A DNA stretch of 64,000 nt from Ruditapes philippinarum. Lineage: Eukaryota. The stretch covers positions 1 to 64,000 of the forward strand of contig NW_026862689.1 of the NCBI RefSeq assembly GCF_026571515.1, read 5' to 3'. The translations under genes and the position numbers were made by a program. Positions 37,901 through 50,262 of this stretch are shown here, one piece after another (position 1 is the stretch's first letter; every line of letters starts with the position of its first letter). The notes below the pieces were generated by a model. That model worked only from the letters and a program-made list of their open reading frames with translations. It was not told the DNA's origin and made no database searches.

Positions 37901-40900
37901 ATTTTGTGAACCAACTCCTCTTAAACCGGATGGCAGATTATTGCTTAAACTTCCAGGGATGAACAACCTTAATGTGTAGATGGAAGTAAAGGAAGGAATT
38001 TTTGCTGCGACCAAATTTAACAGAGTTATGGTCCTTTATTGTAATTTTTTTCACTATATACCATATATATGTTGTCAGTGGGGGCATCCGTGTCCTTTGG
38101 ACACAGTTCTAGTTTATATCTGCATTTGTTTATAGTTTACAATATTACTTGTTCCTTGTCATGAAAAGTTTTGATATTTTGGTGAGCGATATTAGGGCCA
38201 TTATGACCCTCTTGTTGTAAACATTTCAATCGCATCAGTGAAGTTAAACATTCCTTGAAAACTTATGACATGAAACTGCTCTTTCTCTAACTGAACTTCA
38301 GTTTTTACCTTGCCTTATGCCTTTAAGATTAAGTCTAGTCACCATCTTCATTGTTAACTCAGCCCCGAGCGACGCTGCCCCAGAGTACGGCGTTGTCCAA
38401 TGAGACAAATCAAATTTGTCTACCAGTGGGTCACTCGCCAGGAAATTCACAACTGGTGGAGCAATTAACGAAAATGAGACCTGAAAGATCTAGACCATGT
38501 TAATTTTATATCATAAATAATGGCTAGGTATTTACAATTATATAATACTGTTTTGTTTAAATTGCAATTAAAAAACAAAAGTGCACATGTAACATTGCCA
38601 AAGAGTTCTGTTTTTAGGGATAATTATGTAAGCTAAAACTAAATGTCTTGGTTCTGGCGAAAATGAATATAGGGACATTATACTCTGTGTTTCTGTAGTG
38701 ATGAGAGAAAAGCCTCGGGTTGAAATCGAGGCAGCGTCACAACTGTCGCCCCCTGGCTTAATGGATTCAACATTCCGATCACTAGTCCTGCTATATGTAC
38801 CATTGGAAGAGCGGAAAGCGAACTGTCGTCATTGTTGAACGGAAGAAACAACGGGTGGCTGCAATAACATATCGGTACAAAATGATTGTCACATCTTTAT
38901 TCAAATGTTGTTTATTTCAAGAGAATTGTATATAAACAACGATCATTGAATAGTATTTTTATTTGTAAAATATTAAATAAAGTTGATCTTGGAAACTTTA
39001 TGTCACAATTTCAAGTAATTACTTGTAAGTTACTGTGTAAGCAAGTCACTTCGTGGCAATTACAGCCACTGATTACATTATATGAAAGAAATTAACACAC
39101 AAAACTGCTATGTACGTACAAAGATATTTAAATCAAAGTAGACGAGTGTTTATATGTTTTGCTATATTCTATTATATAGAGTTACGTACATTGTCTAAAA
39201 CAAATTTAACAAAACAAATCCTAAAATGTTGGCTAGTTCTTTTTTCATTCAGAAGAGGTCATCCTATACCTAAGTGCAGCTAATTCGGCCACGATATTTC
39301 TATGCGTGAGTTGAACACCTTTAGGAAGCCCAGTGGTACCACTGCTGAATGGTATGAGAGCAACATCAGACTCGGGTTCGATCACTGGTAGGTCCACTTC
39401 TGGTCCTTCTTTCTTCAGATCTTCAAATGAAATGCAGTTAGTGCTTGAACCAAAGACAATGACATTCTGAAATATGTAAATGTATTTCTCATTTCTAATA
39501 CCCAAAATTACGTCAAAAATAATTATACGACCTATCTTTAGCACTTATAAATGTAAAGATTTGGTTTTGTTAGTCTAAAATGGTGGGTCTTACGGTAGTA
39601 TTTGCTTCGTTTTCTAACCTCTCAAAGAGGAAGTTCATAGTCTTTCCTTACTTCTCAAAGATGAAGTTTATAGTATTTTCTAACCAGTTCATAGTCTTAC
39701 TAACGAATCTCGATTTATATAGTAACACATTTAATTCAAATTTTCAGGAATTTTACCCATAGTCTAACATATACATTGAAAAGAAATCCCGCTATGTACT
39801 ACTCACTTTTATTTGATTATTACTAGATTTCTGAACTTGTAGCGCCTTTTCCGCGCAATCCTCTGTCGTAAATAGCAGATGAGAATTTGTGTCCTTAACT
39901 TGTTGCAATATTTCGCCTGAAATAAACGTTTGAAGACTATTATAAGAGTCCCTAAAATTGGAGCTGTATCCCTGGGCGCAATCTAATGAATTATAAGAAA
40001 TACCCAATTGCATCATGTCCGCGCTTATGGCTTTCGTTGTAGGCCGCGTTCAGAGAACGTCGCCTTTCCTTGTTGATCTTTGTTCTAATATTTTAGTATT
40101 TGCACTATCATTGATACATAGATTTACATATTTTATTGTCATTTTCATTCCTGTATAAGCTAGATATGTGTTTGTAAGTGCACCTTTATATTATATATAG
40201 AGAGAGACATGAATACATTTTAATTTATTGTTAACACATTGATATGGTGCTTGCTCGTGTTGGTTATACAAATGTACATGTACCTGGTGTGAGTTGAGAA
40301 TTTGCAATAGTTAAAGCTGCCCCTAATGATGTTACACTACAGAAAACATGCGCAAATTCTGGAACGTTAGTCCCGCACAAACACGCCACATCCCCATGTT
40401 TCAAACCCAATGAACCTAAGCTATTTGTCACGTGACGAACTTCTTCATGTAGTTGGTCGAAAGTAAAGCCCCGGTCATTGATCCCATCTATCTGGAATGT
40501 TAATACTACATACTGAGATTTTTTGTCAATATAAACGATTGCCATTATGTTTGATCTACTATATAGAGATCTGCTTCAATTTTAAATAACATGCTAAAAC
40601 TTTGAATCTGAATCTGCGACCTTAGTATTTTGAATGAATATGTGTCATGTGGTGTTTACTATATAGGAATGTACAACAAGTTCGATACAGCATTTAGCGC
40701 GATTTTTTCCTTCTTTTTTCACTTACGCCTCCATTTTCACAAGTAATCAATTGCTTTTTAATATACGAGTATCGTTTCTGATGAAAAAGCATACAATTCA
40801 ATTAAAAACGTAACACCAATTTTTATTTTAAATAGTTGAACAGGTTCGGCTGTTCGTCAAGCAACCGTGAACACTATTGAATATTAATCCGACCTTGATA

Positions 40901-41445
40901 CACGAATGGATGAACATATTACAGGGATCTTACGATTTTAACATTTATGTGTATAAGATGTATATTTGAGAATCTTTTTTAAAATTTCTTTTAGTTTCTT
41001 TTATTCTGACTATATAGTGAAAGCCACAGACGGTATTGAATTATGTACATTAAAGTTTATGTTAAGATAACAATAATGTTATTAAAGTGTATATGAATGT
41101 AGACTGCACAATCTTTGGAACATTCATACAATCATGCAGGCGGCAAAAATATACTTTAAAAATATCAAAAATTAAAAATATATCACTAATTTTAGCAAAA
41201 AGAAAAAAAGTACAGATAAGATTCCTTGAGCATAAGAAATAGCGTTAATAAAATGAAAAAGAAAGAAAATGATTGCAAGAGTTACTTACAAGTGCAACTT
41301 TGTGCCCGTGGTTCCCTACACGCCGGAAAATATAGTCAGTCACAGAACTTTCCGGAATGTCAACTTTATATTTAGAGGCATGATACATTCGAGAGAGAAT
41401 AGCTCTCGCAGTATATACTTTAAGCATATCTATATACTTGGACAC
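34992..41445 (-). CDS. 4-coumarate--CoA ligase-like / firefly-luciferase-like acyl-CoA synthetase (ANL superfamily)
   Basis: Exons 41445-41290, 40491-40284, 39916-39807, 39466-39270, 38858-38684, 38480-38309, 36969-36869, 36658-36514, 36288-36206, 35718-35559 and 35092-34992 total 1608 nt (535 aa). Motifs: [16 protein letters not shown] (AMP-binding), [72 protein letters not shown]. Confidence 0.93.
37072..38216 (+). mobile_element. Degenerate HINE (same terminal family as 16514-18281) containing a nested second HINE at 37648-38114
   Basis: Outer: TTAGCTCACCTGTCAC...GGTGAGCG...AGGGCCATTATGACCCTCTTGTT. Inner: TGCCCCCAC...(GTCC/GTAC)n...GGGGGCATCCGTGTCCTTTGGACACAGTTCTAGTT. Confidence 0.75.
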
Positions 41446-42761
41446 ATTACAATTATATGTCCAAATATATGAATCGTTTGTTTATAGTAATGGTCAGTAT
41501 TCGATAGAGTGATAAGAAGATATTCTGTGAACTGTTGTCAATAAGACCTTATCAAACTGTCCATGAGAATTAACATACGGAACCATATATGATTAAGATG
41601 CATCATATAATCCAGATTTATTTTACACTCACTTATATAGTTTAACCGTTTTTATTGCTTATAATTGTACACACCCACTGAATTGTTTAAATGTAGGTGT
41701 AAACATATATAGTCAAATATATACGTATATAGTGCTCAGCCTCGCGTAATATGTTAAACACATATTAGATACGCATTTTAACGGTAACGTGGTCAATAAA
41801 CAAATATATTACTTAAAGAACCTACTTAAATTGTGAAAAATGAAATTTTCTTTCAATATTTTACAGACTTTTCGGATGGCCATCTTAACATTTGGCTTAA
41901 ATTGTGGTTTAGATAATACATGTTTTGTTTCACAAATTATCTTTTTTCGTTGCAAATAAAACGGTATTGTACAATAATGTATACGTATTGTATCTCCTTT
42001 ATTCACTGTTGTCGTTTGACATTCTTTAGTTTCGTATTGTTACAAAGCCTTTTATTAATATTGTATTTGCTAATTATAATAAAGCTTTTGTAATGGTATA
42101 TTTCTAGTTCTGTACATCTTGTTACAATATCATTGTTATGCGATAATATGCCTGTAAAGGCCGATGACTGGAAATAAAAATTCTATTCTATTATATATTG
42201 CTTATACGTAATGCGTCGTGGGGACTAATCTGCATGTTTATTTAAAAAAATGATTTTGAAACAAATATTACTAATTTTGACAGTCAAATAGTCGATTTTA
42301 TAATTATGTCATAGGCTATCCGTGAAAAAAAGAAAAGAAATAAAAAACAACATGCGTTCATATTGATAATAATACACATATTAAAGACGTTGAAATATGA
42401 TTTTTTTTTTTAAACGGCTTATATTTTTTTTTTATATATATGATCAGTATATGTGCTGGGATTGACAAATATTCATTTTATTTTGATTTTAAAGGCGTTT
42501 AAATTTGAGCTCCACACCCCAATTAAGTGTCTGTGGTATTTATCTAAAAAATTAATTCAACACCTGGTGGAGAAGAGCAAACAAACGTACTTGAACAAAC
42601 GTTGAAATACCAAACCATGCGTTTATTATATGTCTTCCTGGAATCATACAGTATACAATATACATAGCCAGATATGTCGTTGGGTTGAGAAAAAATAGCG
42701 GTCGTCAACCCGATTAGATTTTACCAAACGAAACGACTTTAATTTATTATGCTTCACAAAC

Positions 42762-45700
42762 ATGGCGGCCGACGAAGTTTTGTTCGAACTGTTTCACTCT
42801 GAAATCGTCGCATTTCTTTACAGAACAACGGACAAAGAGGATCAGGTTGAATTTATGAATGGAAAATGATTGTGTTATACGTTTATAAGCTTTTCCATAT
42901 TTGTAGTATATACAAAATGTAACAGATATTGATAAACATTTCAGCAGATTTCAATCTGCCCAGTCCTGGAACTGTGACATTTTCAGTCAGAACAAGTACA
43001 CGCAAATATTTTTAAGGCAAAAGTTGTGGTTATTCTGTTAGTGGAATAGCTGGGTAACGGATCATGGCAGTAAGCCACATTGAATTTACCAGAGCATAGT
43101 TCAGCCACCGCATCGTTTCTTGTTAAGCTGTCAAGCTGTTTACCAGCACTAGTTGCCTACACTTTCACAATGATCTGAAACATGTCAGAGCAGCGGTACA
43201 GTGCGAATGATTGTAGAAAGGCTTTCATGATCAATCACAATGAAAAGTGACCTGCACTTTCTGGAAATAGAACCAGGGTCACTATTGAAGGCCCTACCTA
43301 TTGAACTGCCTGACCAGATGGTTGTTGCGGGTCAGGCTTTTGACCTTCCTATAATATATTAAAATAGGAATGAGTCTACTATATATTGGTGCCTAATACT
43401 TCCATGGTACTTAACAAGTTAACTGTTTAACAAACATAACAAAAGTTTGAAGAATAAAGTTCTGGAAAAGACCATGAATATTGTAGGAAATACATCATAG
43501 TTTATTCCATTTAATGTTCACATTCGGCAATAAGGTACACAACATGACGGCAAACACCTATCTGCCGCCTAGTTAATTTAAGTTCTTTTACCATATTCCA
43601 CAGCAATTTTGTTTTAACTGTTTCTAAAGTAAAAACAGTAGTTACATTTGTTTTTAGTATGGCTATACCCAGCCGCTTATGCATATGGGGATTTTCCCTA
43701 TGAGATAATTAAGTTTATCAAATATTTTTACAGTTGTTTAACAATCACAATTTCCTAAAGGGTATGAAAACTAAACCTAAAATGGTTATATATTTCATTT
43801 TATTCTACATCTGAATAAAATGGTTAATTTCTGCCATTATATAAGGTACAAATTGATAACAATACAATACATAAGTAAAAGTAAAATTCTAGGCAGGTGG
43901 ATCAAGTGTAGGAGGCACTAGAGGCTGTTTATTTATGTTATGGGTAACATGGAAATATGAAGCCCTAGACAGTAGTGTATACTCCTGGTTTAGACCCTTG
44001 GGGGTCTAATCCTTGATATACTATAGCCCCAGGAAGACACTCAACCATGTTGTTAAAGGGTTGACTTATAAGCAAGGCTGTTGAAAGCAGCCTTTAAGCT
44101 TCTTTTAGCTTAATTTGAAAGGCAGACTTTAGCTTGTGAATGGATAGTGAATTTCTGTTTAAGGTTGCTGTGTGTAAGTCAGTCTTACACACTGCAACCT
44201 TAAATAGAAATTCACTATCCATTCACAAGCTAAACATTAACTGTTAAGCTTCCATAAGAGTCAATTTCGCAAATACTGCTGAATGAAATTAATCTTTCCA
44301 CTAAGAGGACATGCTAGACTAGAAGCAATGTTTTAAGCTTTCTGTCTGTAACTGATTACTAGTCCGCAAATGACACACTAGAACTAAGAAGTGTTGTTAT
44401 CAAATTTTGTTTTTATTAATTTTGTTTTTATTCCTATCTATACCTTGTGTTATACATGCTTCATATCTTTTGCAGGATCAGTGCATAGCTAAACTTGAAT
44501 CATTAGGATTTAGAGTCGGTCAAAGTTTAGTGGAAAGGTATGGTATTTATTTTGATAGAATTTTGAATAATTTATCCTTTTTTAAACGAAAATCACCCTA
44601 GTTTGATTGTAAATAAATCGCCCTATCATAATCAGCAAATGATTGTAGGAGAAATACCCATGTAGATATTGGTTACATTTCTTGTTATTGTATATCTGAA
44701 CAATTGTTCAATTTAACATTGAAATTATCTGAAACATTTGTATTTATTAAAACTTGAAAGCAATTGTTATTACAGGTTTACAAAGGATTGTTCTAGGTTC
44801 AAAGATGATCTAGATATAATGAAGTTTATCTGCAAAGATTTCTGGAACTCTGTCTTCAAGAAACAAATTGATAATTTGAGGACAAATCACCAGGTTCAGT
44901 TTTATTTAAAAAAAAAACTTTACTAAGTCTTACATGTACATAATTCATTGATAAACTTTTATTTAGTAACTTACATTTGAAGTAAAAGGCTATGAATTTA
45001 TAAATTAACTTTACTTCTGTGTACATTTGTTTACAATTTGTAACTTACTTTCCAAGTAAGATCCTAGGAAGACTTTGTATATAAACTCCTCTTTTATGTT
45101 ACTTACTTTAAGTAAAAGGTCGGGATTTTTTTTAAGAAACTTGACTTAGTAAGAGGTTTTTGGTATGAGTATGAATTTAATGTGGTTGGTTATCAATATG
45201 TGCTTTAATCATTTTCATGTGAAGATACCTACCATATGTATAAAATGTATGACCTCTGATTCTCTTTTTAAATGAATAAATTATTCTGTACATTCATTTA
45301 TTAAGATAGATATTTATTTCTTGTTTCAAAGACAAGTAAAAAAGGGATTAATGAGAAGTCTGATATTATTAATTCATTACCTCTACATTAATATGAATAT
45401 ATTGCGAATATCATTGTCAGTAAAGTAATAAGATCTGTTGTTTGTTTTATAGGGGGTATATGTTCTACAAGATAACAGATTTAGATTTCTTACACAAATT
45501 TCTAATGGTAAACAGTTTATGGATGCAGCTCCAAAGGTAAGAATATACCCACAAGAATTAAAACTTTTTAAGGTTCAAACATGAATCCTTTAGAGCTATG
45601 CTAAATAACTTAATAGTAACTTAAAGTAAGTCTTTTTGAGCAAGGTTCTTTTTAAATCCTATGTATTTTGGTGGCCACAGATTCTACCCATGTTACCATG

Positions 45701-46491
45701 AATCAAGATAATTAAAGATATTTAAACTGTTAAGGGTTAAAACTCTGTTCAATTTTTCATCAATTTTGATTATGTTATCCATCTAGTCAAATAAGGAACA
45801 CCCAGTTAGTTTACTTATTTGTAAAGTTTGAAAGTTTACATAAACATTTAGTTTGTATTATTTGTAAAACTGATAAATATGTGAGAAAAATAGTAGTTAT
45901 ATATCTATATACTTGTATGTTTATTTGTATTTCAGTATTTAGCAATGGCTTGTGGGATTATAAAGGTTCTCTTGCTAAATTGGTGTAAATTTGTAGTAAA
46001 AGCTGAAGTTGTGCAATGCCCGCTTGTAAGTAATCGTTTATAACTTAAGTTTTTTTTTTACTTTATGTTGAACTAAAATTGATATAATAACTGCCTTCGA
46101 AGCCCTTGGAAATCAAACCAAAAATTAAATTAACCTTCTTATAACTGGGAACCAAGTATGGTATTTTCTGTTTATTAGGCAAATGTGTATCTTTAAAACA
46201 TTTACAGGTAAAATAAATCTTCAGATCTTGATGTTAGCCATATTAAATTTTGGTTTAAGAATGTCTGGACTAATATAAAATGCAGAATTTAACAAATTCT
46301 TGATAAAATCATTGATGGTTTAAGTAGTAAAAGCAAAGGCTAGGGGTATCTAGTCCATTTGGATTGGATAAATACATCAGTAGTCTTGTTAAAACATTGT
46401 CATATTTTTTAACATTTATGTAAGTGACAATATAAGCAGTTATTTTTGTTTGCTTTCAGGTAAATTCCAAATTCAGATACAAAGGACTTGA
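42762..46491 (+). CDS. TRAPPC6B: Trafficking protein particle complex subunit 6 (TRAPPC6B-like); exon 5 frameshifted in this assembly
   Basis: Exons 42762-42845, 44476-44537, 44776-44893, 45453-45536, 45936-46025 and 46460-46491. Motifs: [91 protein letters not shown]. The total of 470 nt is not a multiple of 3. Confidence 0.9.
43030..43320 (-). mobile_element. tRNA-derived SINE (same family as 47940-48250)
   Basis: Both loci share GCAGTAAGCCAYATTGAATTTACCAGAGCAYAGTTCAGCCACCGCAT...GTAGAAAGGMTTTCATGATCA. Confidence 0.7.
44128..44234. repeat. 107-bp near-perfect palindrome (51-bp stem, 5-nt loop) in TRAPPC6 intron 1
   Basis: TTTAGCTTGTGAATGGATAGTGAATTTCTGTTTAAGGTTGCTGTGTGTAAG-TCAGT-reverse complement, with one mismatch and one G:T. 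Confidence 0.9.
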
Positions 46492-47939
46492 CAAAACTAA
46501 CCAGAAAGTTTTAAGGACAAAACACTGTGATTATTTGAGTGTTAATGCACTGTTATTTTGATATCTGAGTTAACTAGGGGTATGCCTACAGATTTATACT
46601 CTATATTGTCTTAATTGATAGATGTCACACATTTGATGGAAACTAAATATGTTCATTGTCTGTAAAAACATTGAATATTCAAACAGTAGAATGGCACTGT
46701 AACTCATTTTGGGTAAAATACTCAACAATACTTGCAACTAGAAACCTTAAAATTTAGTGGGAAACATCCTATTAAATGGTATTTGGGAGATGTTTAAAAA
46801 AAAAAGAAATTTTAAATGCATTCCCCAAAGGGGCACATAAAATAATTTCAATTTTTAAATTGTTTTAAAAGAATTATAATTTTGTTTTTTTATGTCTTTT
46901 TCTAATTTAAATTATAAATCTACCCGAAAAATACTTTTTTTATTTTGGGAAAAAAACTTGTTGGAAATTTTACAAAAAAAAAGTAAAAAATTAAAAAAAA
47001 TTATACAAAATTTAAAGACCATTTTTTTGTTGTTACAAGTTTGATAAAGAAGAAAAAACAGAATTGTCAATTAATTTTTGCTAGCCTATAACTTGGGTCA
47101 TTTAATATTCACCCCGTCTTACTTTAAAGTACCTTGAATCTTGTATAAAATTTATATCTCTTTAGTTACAATGTGTAGGTAAGCCTCTCGTAAAATCAGA
47201 TTTGGGACCAGTGTGCATTGACTCACTCAGATAATGTACTAGTAGTGAATTGATTGTGCAATATTTGTTTGTTATTTTCAATTTTTTAAATGTTTTGCGA
47301 AGATACAATTAATTAATATAATATTCAGATGAACTTGATTTATTGAAAACAAGTATGTTATTATCAGGTTATTTTTTACTGTATAACTTTTATGGGGTAT
47401 GGTCAAACCAATATTAATGACCTGGATAAAATGAAACACTGACATTTAATAAACATATTATGTCAAAATGCCATTTTGCCAATTGACTCATCAGATACAA
47501 TGTCATTAAAGTAGTATTGTCATTATCACAAGCCCCTTCTAGTAAATGAAAAATTGGCTGGCACATAGTTTGAATATTACTAATCCTCATTTATGTTAAG
47601 AAAAATAATCTTAAATGAAGTTAAAAATATAATATGATTTCTTTTTATTCAATCGGTGTATGATTGTATACATGTAGATAAAAATACGCCACTGTGCTAA
47701 TATTATGTTTAGTCTTTAAATTAGATTTATGTAGAACATGTTAAAAGAAACATGATATTTAATAAGTAATATGTAATATTCTCTAACAATTGTAAATAAA
47801 CTTGTACTTGAAAGTTTGTCCTATTTTGAGTTTTGTGTCACAGTAACGCTGATACATTTAAACTGAAACCTTTACTTCCTGTAACCAAAGTAATGAGCCT
47901 GTGCTACCAATATAGAATCTGGACAGTTTGCATGTCCAG

Positions 47940-48250
47940 TGGTGTTGGTTGTTTTTACTGGATCACAGCAGTAAGCCATATTGAATGTAAGCCATATTGA
48001 ATTTACCAGAGCACAGTTCAGCCACCGCATGGTTCCTGGGCAGGCTGTGAAGCAGTTTAACCAGTACTAGTTGCCTTCACTTTCGCAAGGAACTGAAACT
48101 TCTGTACATACCAGCAAACCATAGCAGAATTAGTGTGAATGACTGTAGAAAGGATTTCATGATCAGTCGCAATGAAAATTATCTGCCCCGTCCGGGAATC
48201 GAACCCGGGTCGCCTGATTCAGTCCAACACTACCTATTTAGCTAAACGGA
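47940..48250 (-). mobile_element. tRNA-derived SINE
   Basis: The minus strand has a B box GGTTCGATTCCC (~48195-48207); homologous to 43030-43320. Confidence 0.75.
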
Positions 48251-48643
48251 CTGCATGTCCATGTAATGTAACCAGTCTCTAAATTGTCAGCTGCTCAATT
48301 TTTATATCCCTTAACCTTGGAATGGACTGTTCCAAAGCAGAGCAAATATATTACTAAAATTCGGCAAGTTACTGGTAAAGAAATGGATACCTCTTGTTGC
48401 ATTCCTTCAGGCATGCAATACTTTGTTAATTATTTGATCAGATATGTTCAAAACATTGTGTTTATATCAAGATAAATAAAACACCCAAATTACTAACTTC
48501 CAACTGAGAATATAACGGTACTTGGAGGTTGTTTGTAACCTTTTACCAATCCTATCTTAGTGTTGCAAGGTATAGATATAATACGGAATTATTTATCTGT
48601 AGCTGAAATACTAATAGTAAGTAAGTTACATATCATATAATAT

Positions 48644-50077
48644 ATAGAGGATATTTGTTTAGTTCAGTGTAAGATCGGAATTTATTACATGCTTTTCGGT
48701 GGTTTATAGAAATATATCAGTGATATAAAACTGGTAATTTCACTGTTTGAAACAGTGAAATTACCACTTTGATAATTTCACTGTTTTGAATTTAAGCCCC
48801 TTACGTTGTTTCAGTGAAATACCAGCGTGCACAGTACTGGGTACCAACTTAATGACGTGACGTCGTAAATTACGTCACGTTGTATTATTATTTGGCGCGC
48901 TTTTCATTCAGTATTAGGTTTCATGTCTTTTTAAAACGTTTCTTTGCATGTAATAAAAAGAAAATTTGTTTAGTTTAGTGTAAGATCGAAATATATTTCA
49001 CCTGGTGAACACCAAAAGTTCATATTTCACTCGTGGCTGCGCCACTCGTGAAATATACCTTTTGGTGCTCACTCGGTGAAATATATTTCGATCTTACACT
49101 GAACTAAACAAATATCCTCTATATATTTCACCGAGTGAGCACCAAAAGGTATATTTCACGAGTGGCGCAGTCACGAGTGAAATTTGATTTTTTGGTGTTC
49201 ACAAGGTGAAATATATTTCGATCTTGCAATAAACTAAACAAATTTTCTTTTTATTATATGCAAAGAAACGTTTTAAAAAGACATTAAACCTAATACTATA
49301 TGAAAAGCGCGCCAAATAATAATACAACGTGGCGTCATTTACGACGTCACGTCATTAAGTTGGTACCCAGTAGTGTGCACGCTGGTATTTCACTGAAACA
49401 AGGTAAGGGGCTTAAATTCAAAACATTGAAATTATCAAAATGTTATTTCATGCTTTCCAGTGTTTTATTATAATATATCAGATGATTATATTCTGATAAA
49501 CCACTAGTGAAATTTATAAAATATAATTTTCATTGTAGCCGGACTATATCAGAATGCGGATGAAAAAAAAATCATAACTAAATGGATTAACAGGCAGAAA
49601 TAGATGCCGTCATGCGTTAATTTTGCTTCTTTAGGAAAAGAAAGTCGATGTCACCTTACATCACATGTTAAAAACGTAACAAAATTAGAGAAATTTAACA
49701 GAACTATATTTCAAAATTGATGATGTGACGTCATGATGTGATGACGTCACATAGGAGAATGCGCGACGTTACGCGGCAAAATCAGTAAAAAAATACTTAA
49801 AATCACTTAAAAAGCATGAAATAAAAAGAAAATTCATTTGTTTTACATGTAAAATTGAAATATATTTCATTCGTGAACACCAGCTATTATATTTTCACTC
49901 GTGGCTACGCCACTCGTGAAAATATTGCATCTGGTGTTCACTCAGTGAAATTATATTTCAATCTTACATGCAAAACAAACAAATATCCTCTCTGTAATTT
50001 CACTGTTTCAAACAGTGAAATTACCAGTTTTTATATCACTGATATATTTCTATAAACCACCGAAAAGCATGTAATAA
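48644..50077. mobile_element. Nested cluster of three related TSD-less non-autonomous elements with asymmetric inverted repeats and a long terminal hairpin (tentatively Crypton-like)
   Basis: The outer minus copy is split into 48644-48681, 49123-49442 and 49994-50077. Inner plus copy: 48682-49122. Related plus element: 49443-49993. Each has a TTATTWCATGC...GCATGWAATAA-like inverted repeat followed by a hairpin centred on CACTCGTGGCTRCGCCACTCGTG and ends AATATCCTCT. Confidence 0.75.
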
Positions 50078-50262
50078 AAAGTCTGCCAAAGGAAAATGTG
50101 CAAACACGATAATTTGAATAATTTTTATTTTATAAACAATTTTTCAGACAGTTCTGAAAGTAGAAATGCTTTGAAGGAAAACATGAGGATATAAGAATGC
50201 CCATAACATACATATGTCATGTTTGTGAAAACAAAGTATATTTTAAAAATATCATATTAAAT

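Noticed and set aside
34992-41445. Bioluminescence function for the luciferase-like gene
   Set aside because: The family is widespread in non-luminous animals and nothing in the sequence indicates light-emitting activity.
48190-48250. tRNA-like B box
   Set aside because: There is no full cloverleaf; it is the head of a SINE with a second copy at 43030-43320.
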